Positions 1 through 10,458 of a DNA stretch of 64,000 nt are shown piece by piece. The stretch lies in assembly GCA_964019335.1 (NCBI GenBank), contig OZ025652.1, positions 124,001 to 188,000 on the forward strand, written 5' to 3'. Every line of letters begins with the position of its first letter. The stretch's first letter is position 1. Origin of the DNA: Diplonema japonicum. Lineage: Eukaryota > Protista > Euglenozoa: Diplonemea. Under the pieces are notes generated by a model. It was not told the DNA's origin and searched no databases. It saw only the letters and a list, made by a program, of their open reading frames with translations. The position numbers and the translations under genes were made by a program.

Positions 1-611
1 AAGGTCGAGACCCTTCTTCAAGGCCCAGTCGACGAACTCGTTGAAGAGCACCTGGCCACCGCCGTTCTTGTCAATCTGCTTGAAGGTGGCTGAGGGGTCT
101 TCGATCTTCACACCCCACTTCTCGATGAGCGGGGTGGCCTGCGTGAACTCCTTCTCGTCCACCCTGCGGTCGTCACCAGTGTCGATCATCTCGAACATCT
201 GCCACAGCTCAAACATCTGGCGAAGCGACACCTGTTGGGGGAGGAGATGGGGATGGGGATCGGGATGGGGGTTTCGTTTTTTGTAAAAAGAACACAACAC
301 ACCATCAGAAGACGGAACTCAGATCTCGTGACATAATCGTCAGAGTGCGGGGTGTGCGAGGGGGCCGTGTCCTTCACAGCGTTGAAGGCACGCAGCATGG
401 CAGGCTTGCAGTCGAACAAGTCGTCCGCCTTCAGCACGTCCCTCACACCCTTGTCAACCTCAGCGAGACTCAGGTACCCGTTGCCGTTCATGTCCATCCC
501 GTTGAAGATCTGGCGACGCTTCTGCTTGTCCTTCGCAGACCTGCTGGATGGCAGCTTCGCACTGAGCTCAGCCCAGTCGATCTTCCTGTCTCCGCCACGA
601 AGAGTAGACAT
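1..611 (-). CDS. Flagellar calcium-binding protein (FCaBP/calflagin-like, EF-hand), copy 1; 3' end lies beyond the window edge; intron 232..302
   Basis: ATG at 611 gives MSTLRGGDRKIDWAELSAKLP...DMNGNGYLSLAEVDKG...SEFRLLM. After a 71-nt GT..AG intron it continues VSLRQMFELWQMFEMIDTGDDRRVDEKEF...IDKNGGGQVLFNEF, matching the trypanosomatid FCaBP pattern. Confidence 0.88.
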
Positions 612-614
612 CTT
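1..614. repeat. Direct repeat, identical by eye to 7938..8551 (FCaBP CDS plus intron)
   Basis: Same sequence at an offset of 7937 nt, intron included; the copies diverge 3 nt upstream of the ATG (catcttAACC vs catcttTCTT). Confidence 0.93.
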
Positions 615-1260
615 AACCCTACTGTTGACTACGTGTGGGAAGCAAGGGAAAGAAAAAAGTAAGAGGGGGGAAGAAATGGGGTGGGAGCACAGAATAAACA
701 CGTCTGGTAAACAACCCCGACAGTGAATGCGAGGAGATGGAGAGAGGAGGGAAAGGGAGGGGAGTAGCACAGGGTTGCCCTTATCCAGCGAGACAGCATG
801 GAGCGTCGCAAAAAAAAAAAAAAAAAAAAAAAGAAGAATGACTTTGGTTGCTTCATAAACCGCCTGGCGTACGAGCAACTTCTTTTCCGCGCTACCCTTC
901 TGTGCTGAAGGATGCATGGCTGCGGGAGGGTGGACAGCGTTCTGGTAGGTTGTTGTGCTCTGTAGTCGGGCACGAAGGGGTCGGACCACTCTTTTCTCTG
1001 TGCAGTCGGTACTGCGCATTGTCTTTCCAGAATTTCGCACGTTCTGCTGGATGCGAATTTCGGCCTTCCGGTGTACCCCTTCAGTCGCTTGGGTGCACCT
1101 ATCGATCGTAATGCCACGGATTCAGTTATTTCCTTGGGCATGAACGGCTTTGGTGCGTGTGCCTCGGCTGCGCCCATCAGTCTTTCAATTATTTTTGCCA
1201 ATCGGTTGGCCCTCTCGGTGATGTCGTTCTGCCTGCCCAAAACGTACACCCCACTCGTCG

Positions 1261-1306
<46 letters not shown>

Positions 1307-2254
1307 AAGAGAACAAAGCTGACTCATGTTGAAGGGCAGTAACTGTACAATTTCTACTTTTTCTGATTTTTTGCTGCTAATTTTACGGGGGGGGGGGGGG
1401 ATGTTTATTATTCACTGTTCTGAATTTACTTCACAGGGGGTCTCACTTTCTGAAATCATATGTTGAGTTAAAGGAGGCTTAGTACCCCCTTGTCCTCATA
1501 TACCATTTCCTACTGCTTCGTGGCACAATGGCCAGTATGCATATGAAACAGAAACTTCTCTCTCTCTGTAAAAAGCCCAGTGAAGAGTGGTGAAGTTATT
1601 TTAGATAGTTGTGCAAAACGACATCTAGGGGGGTGGACTCTGCCAATCTATTCTCTTTTTCTTTTTTTCTTCAACACGATCGGTACATCACACAGCAACC
1701 TGCGGAATCGCTCAAAAAGATGTCAACGGATCTACCAAAAAAAAAAAAAAAAAGAGAAAAAGAAAACTAAAGAAGAAAAAAAAAGAATGGTGAGAACGTA
1801 AGAGGGTGGAGTAAGATCAACATGTATAGATGACTGGTGCCTTGAGGTCACGTCTTAAACTTGGGTTATGTTCGGTCATGTTACGCTGCACAACTCTAAA
1901 ACCCGTCTTTTTTTTTTTTTCCTTTTTTCATTTTTTGTCTGACAGGTTCTAGAGATATGGAGCGTACTGATTCTGCGATTCTTGCATTGCCGTTACTTAT
2001 AACTAAAAATTGATACCAAAGCGGCCAAAGCGAGATCTGTTTATTTGCCAAATTTTAAATTTAAAAAAAGAAAAAAAAGGAGCTGGAAAAAAAAAAAAGA
2101 AGAAGAAAAAGGGAATTGTAACGGGGAAGACTTATTTAACAAAGTCAATTTTTGAAAAAGGGGGGAGTCCCCTCCCACATCGGTTCCCTCCCCACTCTTT
2201 TCTTTTATTTAAATCGCCTTCTGGTACAATTATTTCTTTCTTCTTTTTAATTAA

Positions 2255-4041
2255 CCATCTACCAATGAGCGTCTTTACAGAGACGATTTGAAAAAAAATC
2301 TTTTGCGCAAAGGGCTTTCAATGCAATACGGCCCGGCCACTTCTTGCAGCCGGGGTCCTGCGCGGGAAATATGAAAAATATAAACTAAATGCTGCCCTAA
2401 CTTAACAAGAAAAAGAAAAAAGAAAAAAAAACGCCAAACCAAATTTACCCTTAAAAATCACTTCAAAAAAGGGCACCCAGAAAGAGGCCGGTAGAGGACA
2501 TTATGAGTGATGGTAGCACTGATGGCTCATCCCTATTATGCAATTTTGGTACGGACAGTGATTCTGATACGAATTCAACCGATTCCGAGTCACAGCAGGG
2601 TGATTGGACGGCAAAGCCGGAGCAGTTGGAAGGCATCCGGTCCGTGAAGATCGGAATCCTTGTGGACCCTGTTTTAACATCAGAGGCTCAACGCCATTCC
2701 ATATATTCTCCCAAATGCTCGCCCCAAACGTTATTTGGGTCATAATTTCGAACAATGTGGCAAATGCGGCTAAAAAAGGTGTTTCCCTGGATCTCAATGC
2801 TGCTTCTTTGCGTACCTTCCTAGGTGTCCTTTTGTCGATGGACTAGGATATCAAGCCAGATTATTCTGACTACTGGCGCACAGGATCCACGCCTCTCAAC
2901 CACACCCCTGGGTACGCCACCGTCATGTCAAGAGACCGCTTTTTGACTATTCTGGGAAATCTGTGTTTCCACAGCGAAACAAACAAGCGTGCTGACTTCT
3001 ACCTATCGCAAAGGCCTCCCGGAGATCACGGATGCCCCAAAGAAGCGAGGCTGCAAGCCCAAGGACACGCATCCTGTGGGGACACCCAGTTCCACCAGCA
3101 CGTGAGCATCCTTTGCACCACAACGTGGCATGACATCAAGCCTGTGCGCTTTCTGTCGACGTTGGATGTTCTGGTGAAGTCAAATTTGACGTGTCGGCCA
3201 AAAGAGAATGAAAGCCGGAAAGGACATCCCGCTCCCCACCAAGTGCATATTTACAACACCGCAATGGGCGGAACCGACGCTGGGTGACGCTGTGACAAAA
3301 CGCCATAAACGCACCCTTATGACTTCGAAGTGGCCCCTGAAAGTATTTTCGTACTTGTTAGATAAATCTCTGGCAAATGCTTGGCTTGTTTGGAAAGAAG
3401 CATTGCCCCCTGAGTACGAACGACAGTGGATTCACGCCTTTCAAAGAGGCAGTCATCGAAGGGCTACTAGGGAGGCTGTCTAAACAACAGCTAAAGTCAA
3501 CTACAGAGCAGGCTGCCCCAATACCATGCCCCGAAACACAAAACGAGTGCCCTGAGACCCCAATGCACCGCGACAGTACCTTCTGGGACCATTTCCCCGA
3601 AAAAGTAGCGCAACGTGCGGTGCAAGCATTGCAAGTCGAAAAGACCCCTATTTCAGTGTTCAGCCTGCTTGGTACAACTTTGCGTGACTCCGTGCATCAA
3701 AGACTACCACCTTGCCGGGGATACCCCCCAGAAACCCCTCTCGGGGTCAAAAAAGAAGTCCCCCAGCCCTGGGGCACGTACGAACCGCGTCAAGAAGGCC
3801 TTAAATAGGTTTTTATAGAATTTTACAGTCGATTCTTTTTGACTTGTTTTTTGTACCCCTCTCGGGCACTTCAAGAACGATATTTTTGACATGTTGTGGG
3901 GGTGGGCACCCTCTCTCTAGAATTGGGACATCTGGAGGCATTTCCGGGGGCATATAGCCCCGGCGTTGCGCTAGAATAGTTTTTTTTTGAGGTTTTGAAA
4001 ATTTACCCCCTGGTGGGCAAAAATGGTCCGTTGGTAGATGG
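2255..4041 (+). mobile_element. Non-autonomous piggyBac DNA transposon, 1787 bp, TTAA target sites at 2251-2254 and 4042-4045
   Basis: Left end TTAA|CCATCTACCAA and right end TTGGTAGATGG|TTAA form a perfect 11-bp TIR; transposase remnants lie inside. Confidence 0.93.
2503..3818 (+). pseudogene. Disrupted piggyBac (PGBD-type) transposase
   Basis: Acidic N-terminus, LRTFLGVLLSM, stop at 2844-2846, DYW, MSRDRFLTILGNLCF, WHDIKPVRFLST, YNTAMGGTD, KWPLKVFSYLLD..LANAW and a C-terminal Cys-rich RCKHC..QCSACLVQLCVTPCIKDYH. These are spread over three frames, and the central DDD core appears deleted. Confidence 0.9.
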
Positions 4042-4512
4042 TTAAATTTCTTTCTTTAAAAAGAAGGCGGTTTAAGGGCAAATCCCACTTGAGGACCACC
4101 CTTGGGGGTCTATGTTCCGGTACCGGTCTAGCTCTTCCTGCGAAAGCGGACACTCGTACAGCTGGTGTCGTAGCTATTCTGTGCAGCGATTCCGTGTTCT
4201 GAACTACGGCCGTGCATACATCGCACTCAAGCTGTTGGGACTATCCCCACGGATGGCTCGAGTCACTCTTCGCCTTCTCTTCCTTCCATAGTCTAGGGGT
4301 TGACTCTTGTCTCCTTTCCTTCGTTTCCCGCATTGGGCCTTTGAAAAAAAAAAAAAAAAAAAAAAGAAGGTATTTAGGGCGGCTTATTGTGTTCAAATAA
4401 AAGGAATCGTATCGCTGCCCCAGCTAGCGCATTTTCTTTCTTTGTTGCAACACGCGAAAAAAAAAATTATAAAAAGGGGTGCGTTAAAAGAGGGGGACAA
4501 AAAAAAAAAACC

Positions 4513-7500
4513 TCAGATCCTCCTAATCCAGCCAGGGAGGCCCCTGGGAATGATCTCGGGGATGTCTGTAGCAACGCAAGCCCAGGTGGTGTCTGGGACG
4601 CCTCTGTACACCATGTCGCCGATCAGCTGTGCGTGCTCTGGGATGGCCCAGACGAGGGAGCGGAGAAAGCGGGTCTTCATCATGGGTACGGGAAGCCAGT
4701 GCACAATAAATGGAAGTGAGACACGCAGTATGTGCTGCTTGTCGATGGGCATAGGCTCACTGGGCACTGACGGCGGGAAGTTCAATAGCGCGTCCTTGTC
4801 CCCTGTCGTGAAGGGGTAAGCCCCACCCTTCCCCAGCTTTGTGAGGTCATAGTTGTCCCACTCTGTCTTGCCTACCACGTGCTTGTCCAGCAGCTCCTCC
4901 ATCGACTTCGAGTTGTATGTCTCCCACAACGTTCCGATCAGTTTCTTCTGAATCGCCAGGTTGAAGCCCTTCCTCAGCATCCCATTCAGGTTCTCCTCCT
5001 CCCAGTCCATGTGCTTGTCACTGTACGGCACCGCGTCATTCAACGCTTCACTCACTCTCTTCAAGACGACAACCAGTTCCAGCTTGTCCTCGGTGGTCTT
5101 CAGCGCCCGGCAGTCGTCCTTTATCTGCTGCTCCAGCTTGTGAAGCACTTCGTGCTGTAGGTACGCATCCTTCGTGCTCAACGGGTGGAACGAGTCAACC
5201 ATTCTGAACAGGATGTTGTCCTCCATGTGCGAGTGCCAGTGCAACACCAGCAAGTGCAGCTCTAATTGCCGCGCGAGACCAGCAGCAAGGTTGCGAACCT
5301 CTTCACTGTCGCTTCCCTCAGCCACCTCGACGACCCTCTTTGCCGTATTCATGAGGTGTGCACCTGATTCGCGAAGTGCTTCATGAGTAAGCTTATTGAA
5401 GGACAGAGGTGCCCACTTGTAGTGGGGTCTCAGCCACCTCTTCTTGGTGAGCCAGTAGATCGTCTGGAAAAACAGCACAACGTTCACCCAGCTGGCAAGA
5501 ACGAGCGAAAAGGCTGTCATGTACTCACACACCATGTAGAAGCCATCGCCCTTCTTGTAAACGACAGCAGACTGGTACACAGCACACGACGCTGCGAGAA
5601 TGTCCGCAGAGAAGCCGAGTGCCCAGAATGAGAAATCAAACTTTAGGCGGAACAGCCAACCAGTGAGACCCGCCAGCCAGAACATAACAATGATGAGGGT
5701 CCAGCCAGCGTAGAAAAGTACATGGGTGGTAGCGGGCACCAGGGCAAGCTGGTTATTGGTCGCGCCAGTGAGAGTAGGCGTCAAGAGGTTGAGCTGGTAA
5801 TGCGCGATCATGATGAGCTGGAGAACAGTGCTCCACATCCCGATAGAGGCACGCGACCTCTCGTCAGACCAGTGGTACTTGATGGAGTGCACGAAAGTGC
5901 AGCCAAATAGCAGAACTGATAGCAATGCAGGAAGACCAAACAAGAACCTTGCGACCTCTGCGTGGTTGGGGTCAATCGTGATCATCGCCAGGGATGCAAC
6001 AAGACAGCCGCCAATGGGCATCAAAATAGCAGGCGTGATGGACTCATCGTCACCCCTGTCGGAGATGAGGGATGCCACCTTCCAGATGAGCAGCAGCTTC
6101 AGCATTCCAGCACCCAACCACAACAAGTCGCGCATGAAATAGTCACCTCCGTCGTCGAGGGCGTAGCTGGGGTTCTTGGAATCCGTCTGCATAAGGATGG
6201 CGAAGATACACAGCGTCATAGGGAAGGCAGCGATGAAGTTGGACTTCACAGGGTGGATGATCTCCTTGCCTATCTTGGAGGTGTGTATGAACAGCTTGGC
6301 AACGAGCAAGATAAGCAGGATGCTGAAGACCGCAACAGCGATGTAGGTAATTGCAAGCCACAAATCTCTGCACCCGTAGTAGGACGCAGTAAGGTCACGG
6401 GAGTACCTCCATGCGAGGGCAAGGCCCGCGATACTAAGCGGCATCATCATGTCAGAGATCTGCACGTACTTGACGGGGTTGAAGCCACGGCGCACGTGGT
6501 CGTCGTTCTTGAAGCGCTTCAGCGGAGCGTCGGCTGCCGTTGCGGGTTGTCCGATCTCGCGGTATGACAGCTTCTCGATATTCTTCAGCGTCGACTCGAA
6601 GTCGTCGGCAAACTCGATAGCCTTCTGGACAAGGGGCTTCTGGTCGATGTGCACCTCGTACACATTAGCACGAACGATGCCTACTTGTTGCATCAAACCA
6701 AAGAACCAACATCCCAGGCAGAAATCGAAAAATGCTTCCATCGCAGCGGGCACAGCCAAACACCCCAGAACGGTTGCCCCTGCAATGGACTCACCATTGA
6801 TGAGGAGCATGCCTGCTGTGATCGAGAAGCAGAACCCTACGAAGGTAGCGAATTGCTTCGGAGGGCCGTTGCGAAGGTCTTCTTTGAGGAAGGAGGTGGC
6901 GGCCATGGCAAGGGAACCGCAAGGGGAGAAGAAAGCGCCACCCCAGAAGCGGATGGCGAAGTCAAGGGCCATGCCGAGGGCAAGCCAAGCGGCCCATGTC
7001 TTCTCACGCCAGATGATACAGATGATGCAGGCAACGACCATCTGGAAGGCAATGGCTCTTACAGGGTAAATATTAACAGTATGGGGAAAGAACAAAAAGG
7101 ACGAGCGCATAGGCTCCTTGCGGGAGAGGTCGTCGGACTTCCATGCGGAGGCGGCAACGCTGGGGGGCGCGACACCTAAGCGGGTGTACAGTTCACCAGA
7201 CTTCTCTAGCTTGACGACATCTTCGCAGCCACCGACGTAATCACCACCAATAAAGACAATGGGGACCGTCTTGTGCTCAGTAGCCTCCTCTGCTGCGCTT
7301 CTGATGTCACCTCCTGCACTGATCTTGTCGCACTGGAACACCGCGACATCGGATGTAGCACGTACAAGGATGTCCACCGCCCTGTTGCAGAATCCACATG
7401 TGCTCTTCGCCACCACCACCACCTTGTTGTTCTTCAGCGCCGCTTGATAGCCTTCAACAGAAGGATCGCTCACATCTGGCACAGTCGTGTTACCATACGG

Positions 7501-7518
7501 GCTTTGCATCTTCTCCAT
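4513..7518 (-). CDS. Multidomain membrane protein: glutaredoxin + DUF4395 + TDT/SLAC1 (TehA/Ssu1-like) channel + hemerythrin-like HHE domain (~1001 aa, no intron seen)
   Basis: Grx: TCGFC, HKTVPIVFIGGDYVGGCED. DUF4395: DFAIRF, GPPKQFA, EAFFDFCLGC. TDT: PLSIAGLALAW, EIIHPVKSNFIAAFP, FSFWALGF. Hemerythrin: THEALR, HWHSHMEDNILF, QHEVLH, KHMDWEE. Start placed at MEKMQ, just after an AG preceded by a T-rich tract. Confidence 0.88.
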   Translation of the reverse strand: MEKMQSPYGNTTVPDVSDPSVEGYQAALKNNKVVVVAKSTCGFCNRAVDILVRATSDVAVFQCDKISAGGDIRSAAEEATEHKTVPIVFIGGDYVGGCEDVVKLEKSGELYTRLGVAPPSVAASAWKSDDLSRKEPMRSSFLFFPHTVNIYPVRAIAFQMVVACIICIIWREKTWAAWLALGMALDFAIRFWGGAFFSPCGSLAMAATSFLKEDLRNGPPKQFATFVGFCFSITAGMLLINGESIAGATVLGCLAVPAAMEAFFDFCLGCWFFGLMQQVGIVRANVYEVHIDQKPLVQKAIEFADDFESTLKNIEKLSYREIGQPATAADAPLKRFKNDDHVRRGFNPVKYVQISDMMMPLSIAGLALAWRYSRDLTASYYGCRDLWLAITYIAVAVFSILLILLVAKLFIHTSKIGKEIIHPVKSNFIAAFPMTLCIFAILMQTDSKNPSYALDDGGDYFMRDLLWLGAGMLKLLLIWKVASLISDRGDDESITPAILMPIGGCLVASLAMITIDPNHAEVARFLFGLPALLSVLLFGCTFVHSIKYHWSDERSRASIGMWSTVLQLIMIAHYQLNLLTPTLTGATNNQLALVPATTHVLFYAGWTLIIVMFWLAGLTGWLFRLKFDFSFWALGFSADILAASCAVYQSAVVYKKGDGFYMVCEYMTAFSLVLASWVNVVLFFQTIYWLTKKRWLRPHYKWAPLSFNKLTHEALRESGAHLMNTAKRVVEVAEGSDSEEVRNLAAGLARQLELHLLVLHWHSHMEDNILFRMVDSFHPLSTKDAYLQHEVLHKLEQQIKDDCRALKTTEDKLELVVVLKRVSEALNDAVPYSDKHMDWEEENLNGMLRKGFNLAIQKKLIGTLWETYNSKSMEELLDKHVVGKTEWDNYDLTKLGKGGAYPFTTGDKDALLNFPPSVPSEPMPIDKQHILRVSLPFIVHWLPVPMMKTRFLRSLVWAIPEHAQLIGDMVYRGVPDTTWACVATDIPEIIPRGLPGWIRRI

Positions 7519-7520
7519 TA

Positions 7521-7600
7521 CTTGGATGAAAAAAGTTGGTGGCGAAGTAATAAAATAAAAAAAATAAAAGAAAACTTCAAAGTAAAAAAGAAAATGGAAA
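7521..7600 (-). promoter_or_regulatory. Probable spliced-leader trans-splice acceptor (T-rich tract + AG) for the Grx-TDT gene; similar tracts precede many genes
   Basis: Minus strand ...ttttttattttattacttcgccaccaacttttttcatccaAG immediately upstream of ATG 7518; function inferred from euglenozoan biology. Confidence 0.5.
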
Positions 7601-7919
7601 GTATACATTGCGCACCACATGTTCTGTGAGCCAGTGTAGAAAGAGAAAAAAAAAAGAGAAAAAAAGAGGGAAAAAGAAATTCAGGGTGTGGCCAAGATAA
7701 AAAAGAAACCGAGAGGAGTAACTTTTGTATGTTAATGGTGTGTGTGGCGTGGGAAAAAGAAATAAAGAAGAAATAAAAAAAAGCAGAGAGTATTTTGGGT
7801 TTCGTGGTTTTTTTTTTTTTATTCTTTTTTTTCTTTTCCTGGGGTATTCATTCTTTTTGGGTTCGGAATTTCACAGATGCGGGGCTATTCAGTTTTGTAT
7901 ATAGTGCTTGCTGACAATC

Positions 7920-8548
7920 TTAGTCATCATCGTCCTCAAGGTCGAGACCCTTCTTCAAGGCCCAGTCGACGAACTCGTTGAAGAGCACCTGGCCACCGCC
8001 GTTCTTGTCAATCTGCTTGAAGGTGGCTGAGGGGTCTTCGATCTTCACACCCCACTTCTCGATGAGCGGGGTGGCCTGCGTGAACTCCTTCTCGTCCACC
8101 CTGCGGTCGTCACCAGTGTCGATCATCTCGAACATCTGCCACAGCTCAAACATCTGGCGAAGCGACACCTGTTGGGGGAGGAGATGGGGATGGGGATCGG
8201 GATGGGGGTTTCGTTTTTTGTAAAAAGAACACAACACACCATCAGAAGACGGAACTCAGATCTCGTGACATAATCGTCAGAGTGCGGGGTGTGCGAGGGG
8301 GCCGTGTCCTTCACAGCGTTGAAGGCACGCAGCATGGCAGGCTTGCAGTCGAACAAGTCGTCCGCCTTCAGCACGTCCCTCACACCCTTGTCAACCTCAG
8401 CGAGACTCAGGTACCCGTTGCCGTTCATGTCCATCCCGTTGAAGATCTGGCGACGCTTCTGCTTGTCCTTCGCAGACCTGCTGGATGGCAGCTTCGCACT
8501 GAGCTCAGCCCAGTCGATCTTCCTGTCTCCGCCACGAAGAGTAGACAT
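7920..8548 (-). CDS. Flagellar calcium-binding protein (FCaBP-like), copy 2, complete, 185 aa; intron 8169..8239
   Basis: Same as copy 1, ending WALKKGLDLEDDDD*; spliced length is 558 nt. Confidence 0.9.
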
Positions 8549-8670
8549 CTTTCTTTGAACCTGTGATGCCTCTGTTAGCAACATTGGGTTTTGAAGTATT
8601 AAATATAAACACTGTTTGATTTGAAACCAAAGATAGATAAAGGGTGTCTCTGCCTTATAACTCTCGGTCT

Positions 8671-10366
8671 CTATCTCCTGCCGCCTTTGCCGCCTAGGCC
8701 GCCCATCATGGCAGCAAGGTTCCCCAGGCCTCCCTTTCCTCCCTTTCCTCCTAAGCCTCCCATCATGCCCTGCATCTGCTGGGCGAGCTGTGCCATGTCT
8801 GGCATGCCTCCAGCACCGCCACCAGGACCTCCGCCACCAGTCAGTCCTTTCATCATATTTGCTAGGCCTGCTTGCCCTCCTAACTTCTTCAATACCTGTG
8901 GGTTTACAGCTTTGGCAAGCTGCTGCATCTGCGACTGAGAACCGTGTGTCCCTCTCGACATGGAGGCGGGGTCTTTGGCCATTTGTTTGAAGTTCAGCTT
9001 CCCCATCTTCTTCACCATCTCTTCGAATTTCACATAAGCTTTCAGTAGGTCCTGCACATCCATGGGTGACCTTCCTGCACCTTTGCTTATTCTTGCTATT
9101 CTCTCTGGCGTCATGATCTTCTTCACCTGCGAGTGGTCCAGCTCCTTGTCGCACATGGAGTCCATTAATGTCATGAACACTTTCAGCCGGTTTGACTGCT
9201 CTGCCTCCTGACCCTTTAGCAGGCCTTTGGGCATGCCCGGCAACATGTCCATGAACTGTCCCATGGGGCCCAAGCTGAGGATATTTTGCAGATGTTCGTA
9301 CATGTCTCTCAGTGTGAAAACCCCATCCGCAAGTCTTTGGTAGATCTCTGATTTGTGGTCGATGCCAGCATCCTCTAATTTTTCCATAAGGCCCGCGAAG
9401 TCACCCATTCCCAGCAGCGAAGAGAGGAAGCTCTTAGGCTGGAATGCTTTGAAATCTTCGAAGTGCTCCCCTGTGCCTATGAATATTATGGGGGACTTTG
9501 TCGCTGCCACTGCAGACAGTGCACCACCACCCTTCGCGTGCCCGTCGAGCTTCGTGATGATGACAGACCCAACCTTCACCTTTTCTTTGAAGGCCAAGGC
9601 CTGGTCCTGCGCTGCTTGGCCAATAGCAGAGTCCATCACGAAAATTATATCATCCGGCTCCGTAGCGTCAGATATTTGCTTCATCTCATCGAACAGCGAA
9701 GTCTCTTGCTTGTGACGTCCTGTGGCAATGGGTGTTGTGGTTGAGGGCACACCTGAAGTATCGACAACAATAATTTCGCAGCCGTCTTCCTTGAACTTTG
9801 CGACCCCTTCCCTGGCAATCACAACAGGGTCCGTCTCTGTTAGGGAACCGTAGAATCGTAATTTCGATTTCGCTGCGTTCTGCTTCAACTGGTCGTAAGC
9901 ACCTGCACGGAAGGTATCCGCACACACTAGACCCACCTTCCATCCCTTCCTTTGGTAGTACAGCGCGTACTTTGTACACGTAGTTGTTTTGCCGCTGCCC
10001 TGCAGACCCACTGTCATTACAACGTTGGGGCGGCCCCTCACAGGCACGTACGGCTTCGTGCCAGGGTCGAGCAGGCGGAGCATCTCTGCGAAAACAGCGT
10101 TCTGCACCAGCTTCTTCCTGTTGTAAATTTGGCGAGAGAAAAGAAAACTCCGACGCATACTTTCCTTGGCTGCCATCGTCAAGCGTCACCTTAGTCTTCA
10201 CTGCATTCCGGAACTGCCCCACAAGCTTCACGTTCACATCCGCCATCAACAGCGCCCGCGAGATGTCAGCAAGCATTGCATCGATAGCCGCGTCATCGAT
10301 AGCAGTGTTGCGGGAGAGGTTAGAGAGGGCAGTGCTGATCTGCCCTCCAAGTTCTGCCAAAACCAT
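8671..10366 (-). CDS. SRP54: Signal recognition particle 54 kDa subunit; introns 10118..10160 (43 nt) and 9720..9752 (33 nt, in frame)
   Basis: MVLAELGGQI, GLQGSGKTTT, DTFRAGA, DTSG|RHKQE restored after splicing, TKLDGHAKGGGALS, Met/Gly-rich M domain. Confidence 0.96.
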
Positions 10367-10458
10367 TTTTGGAAGAGTAAGCCTGTGGTGTGTGGTGTGG
10401 TGTGGTATATTGAGTAGCACGCACGCGTGCAGGCTATAATACAATACAAGTGGCGAGG

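Noticed and set aside
236-272. G-quadruplex-like G runs in the FCaBP intron and other G/C homopolymers
   Set aside because: G-rich on the template strand, and such runs are ubiquitous here; no specific evidence of function.
8123-9154. 343-aa (and 284-aa at 186..1040) ORFs suggesting long N-terminal extensions on FCaBP
   Set aside because: The extensions are unrelated between the copies, one overlaps SRP54 out of frame, and sequence identity ends at the shared ATG.
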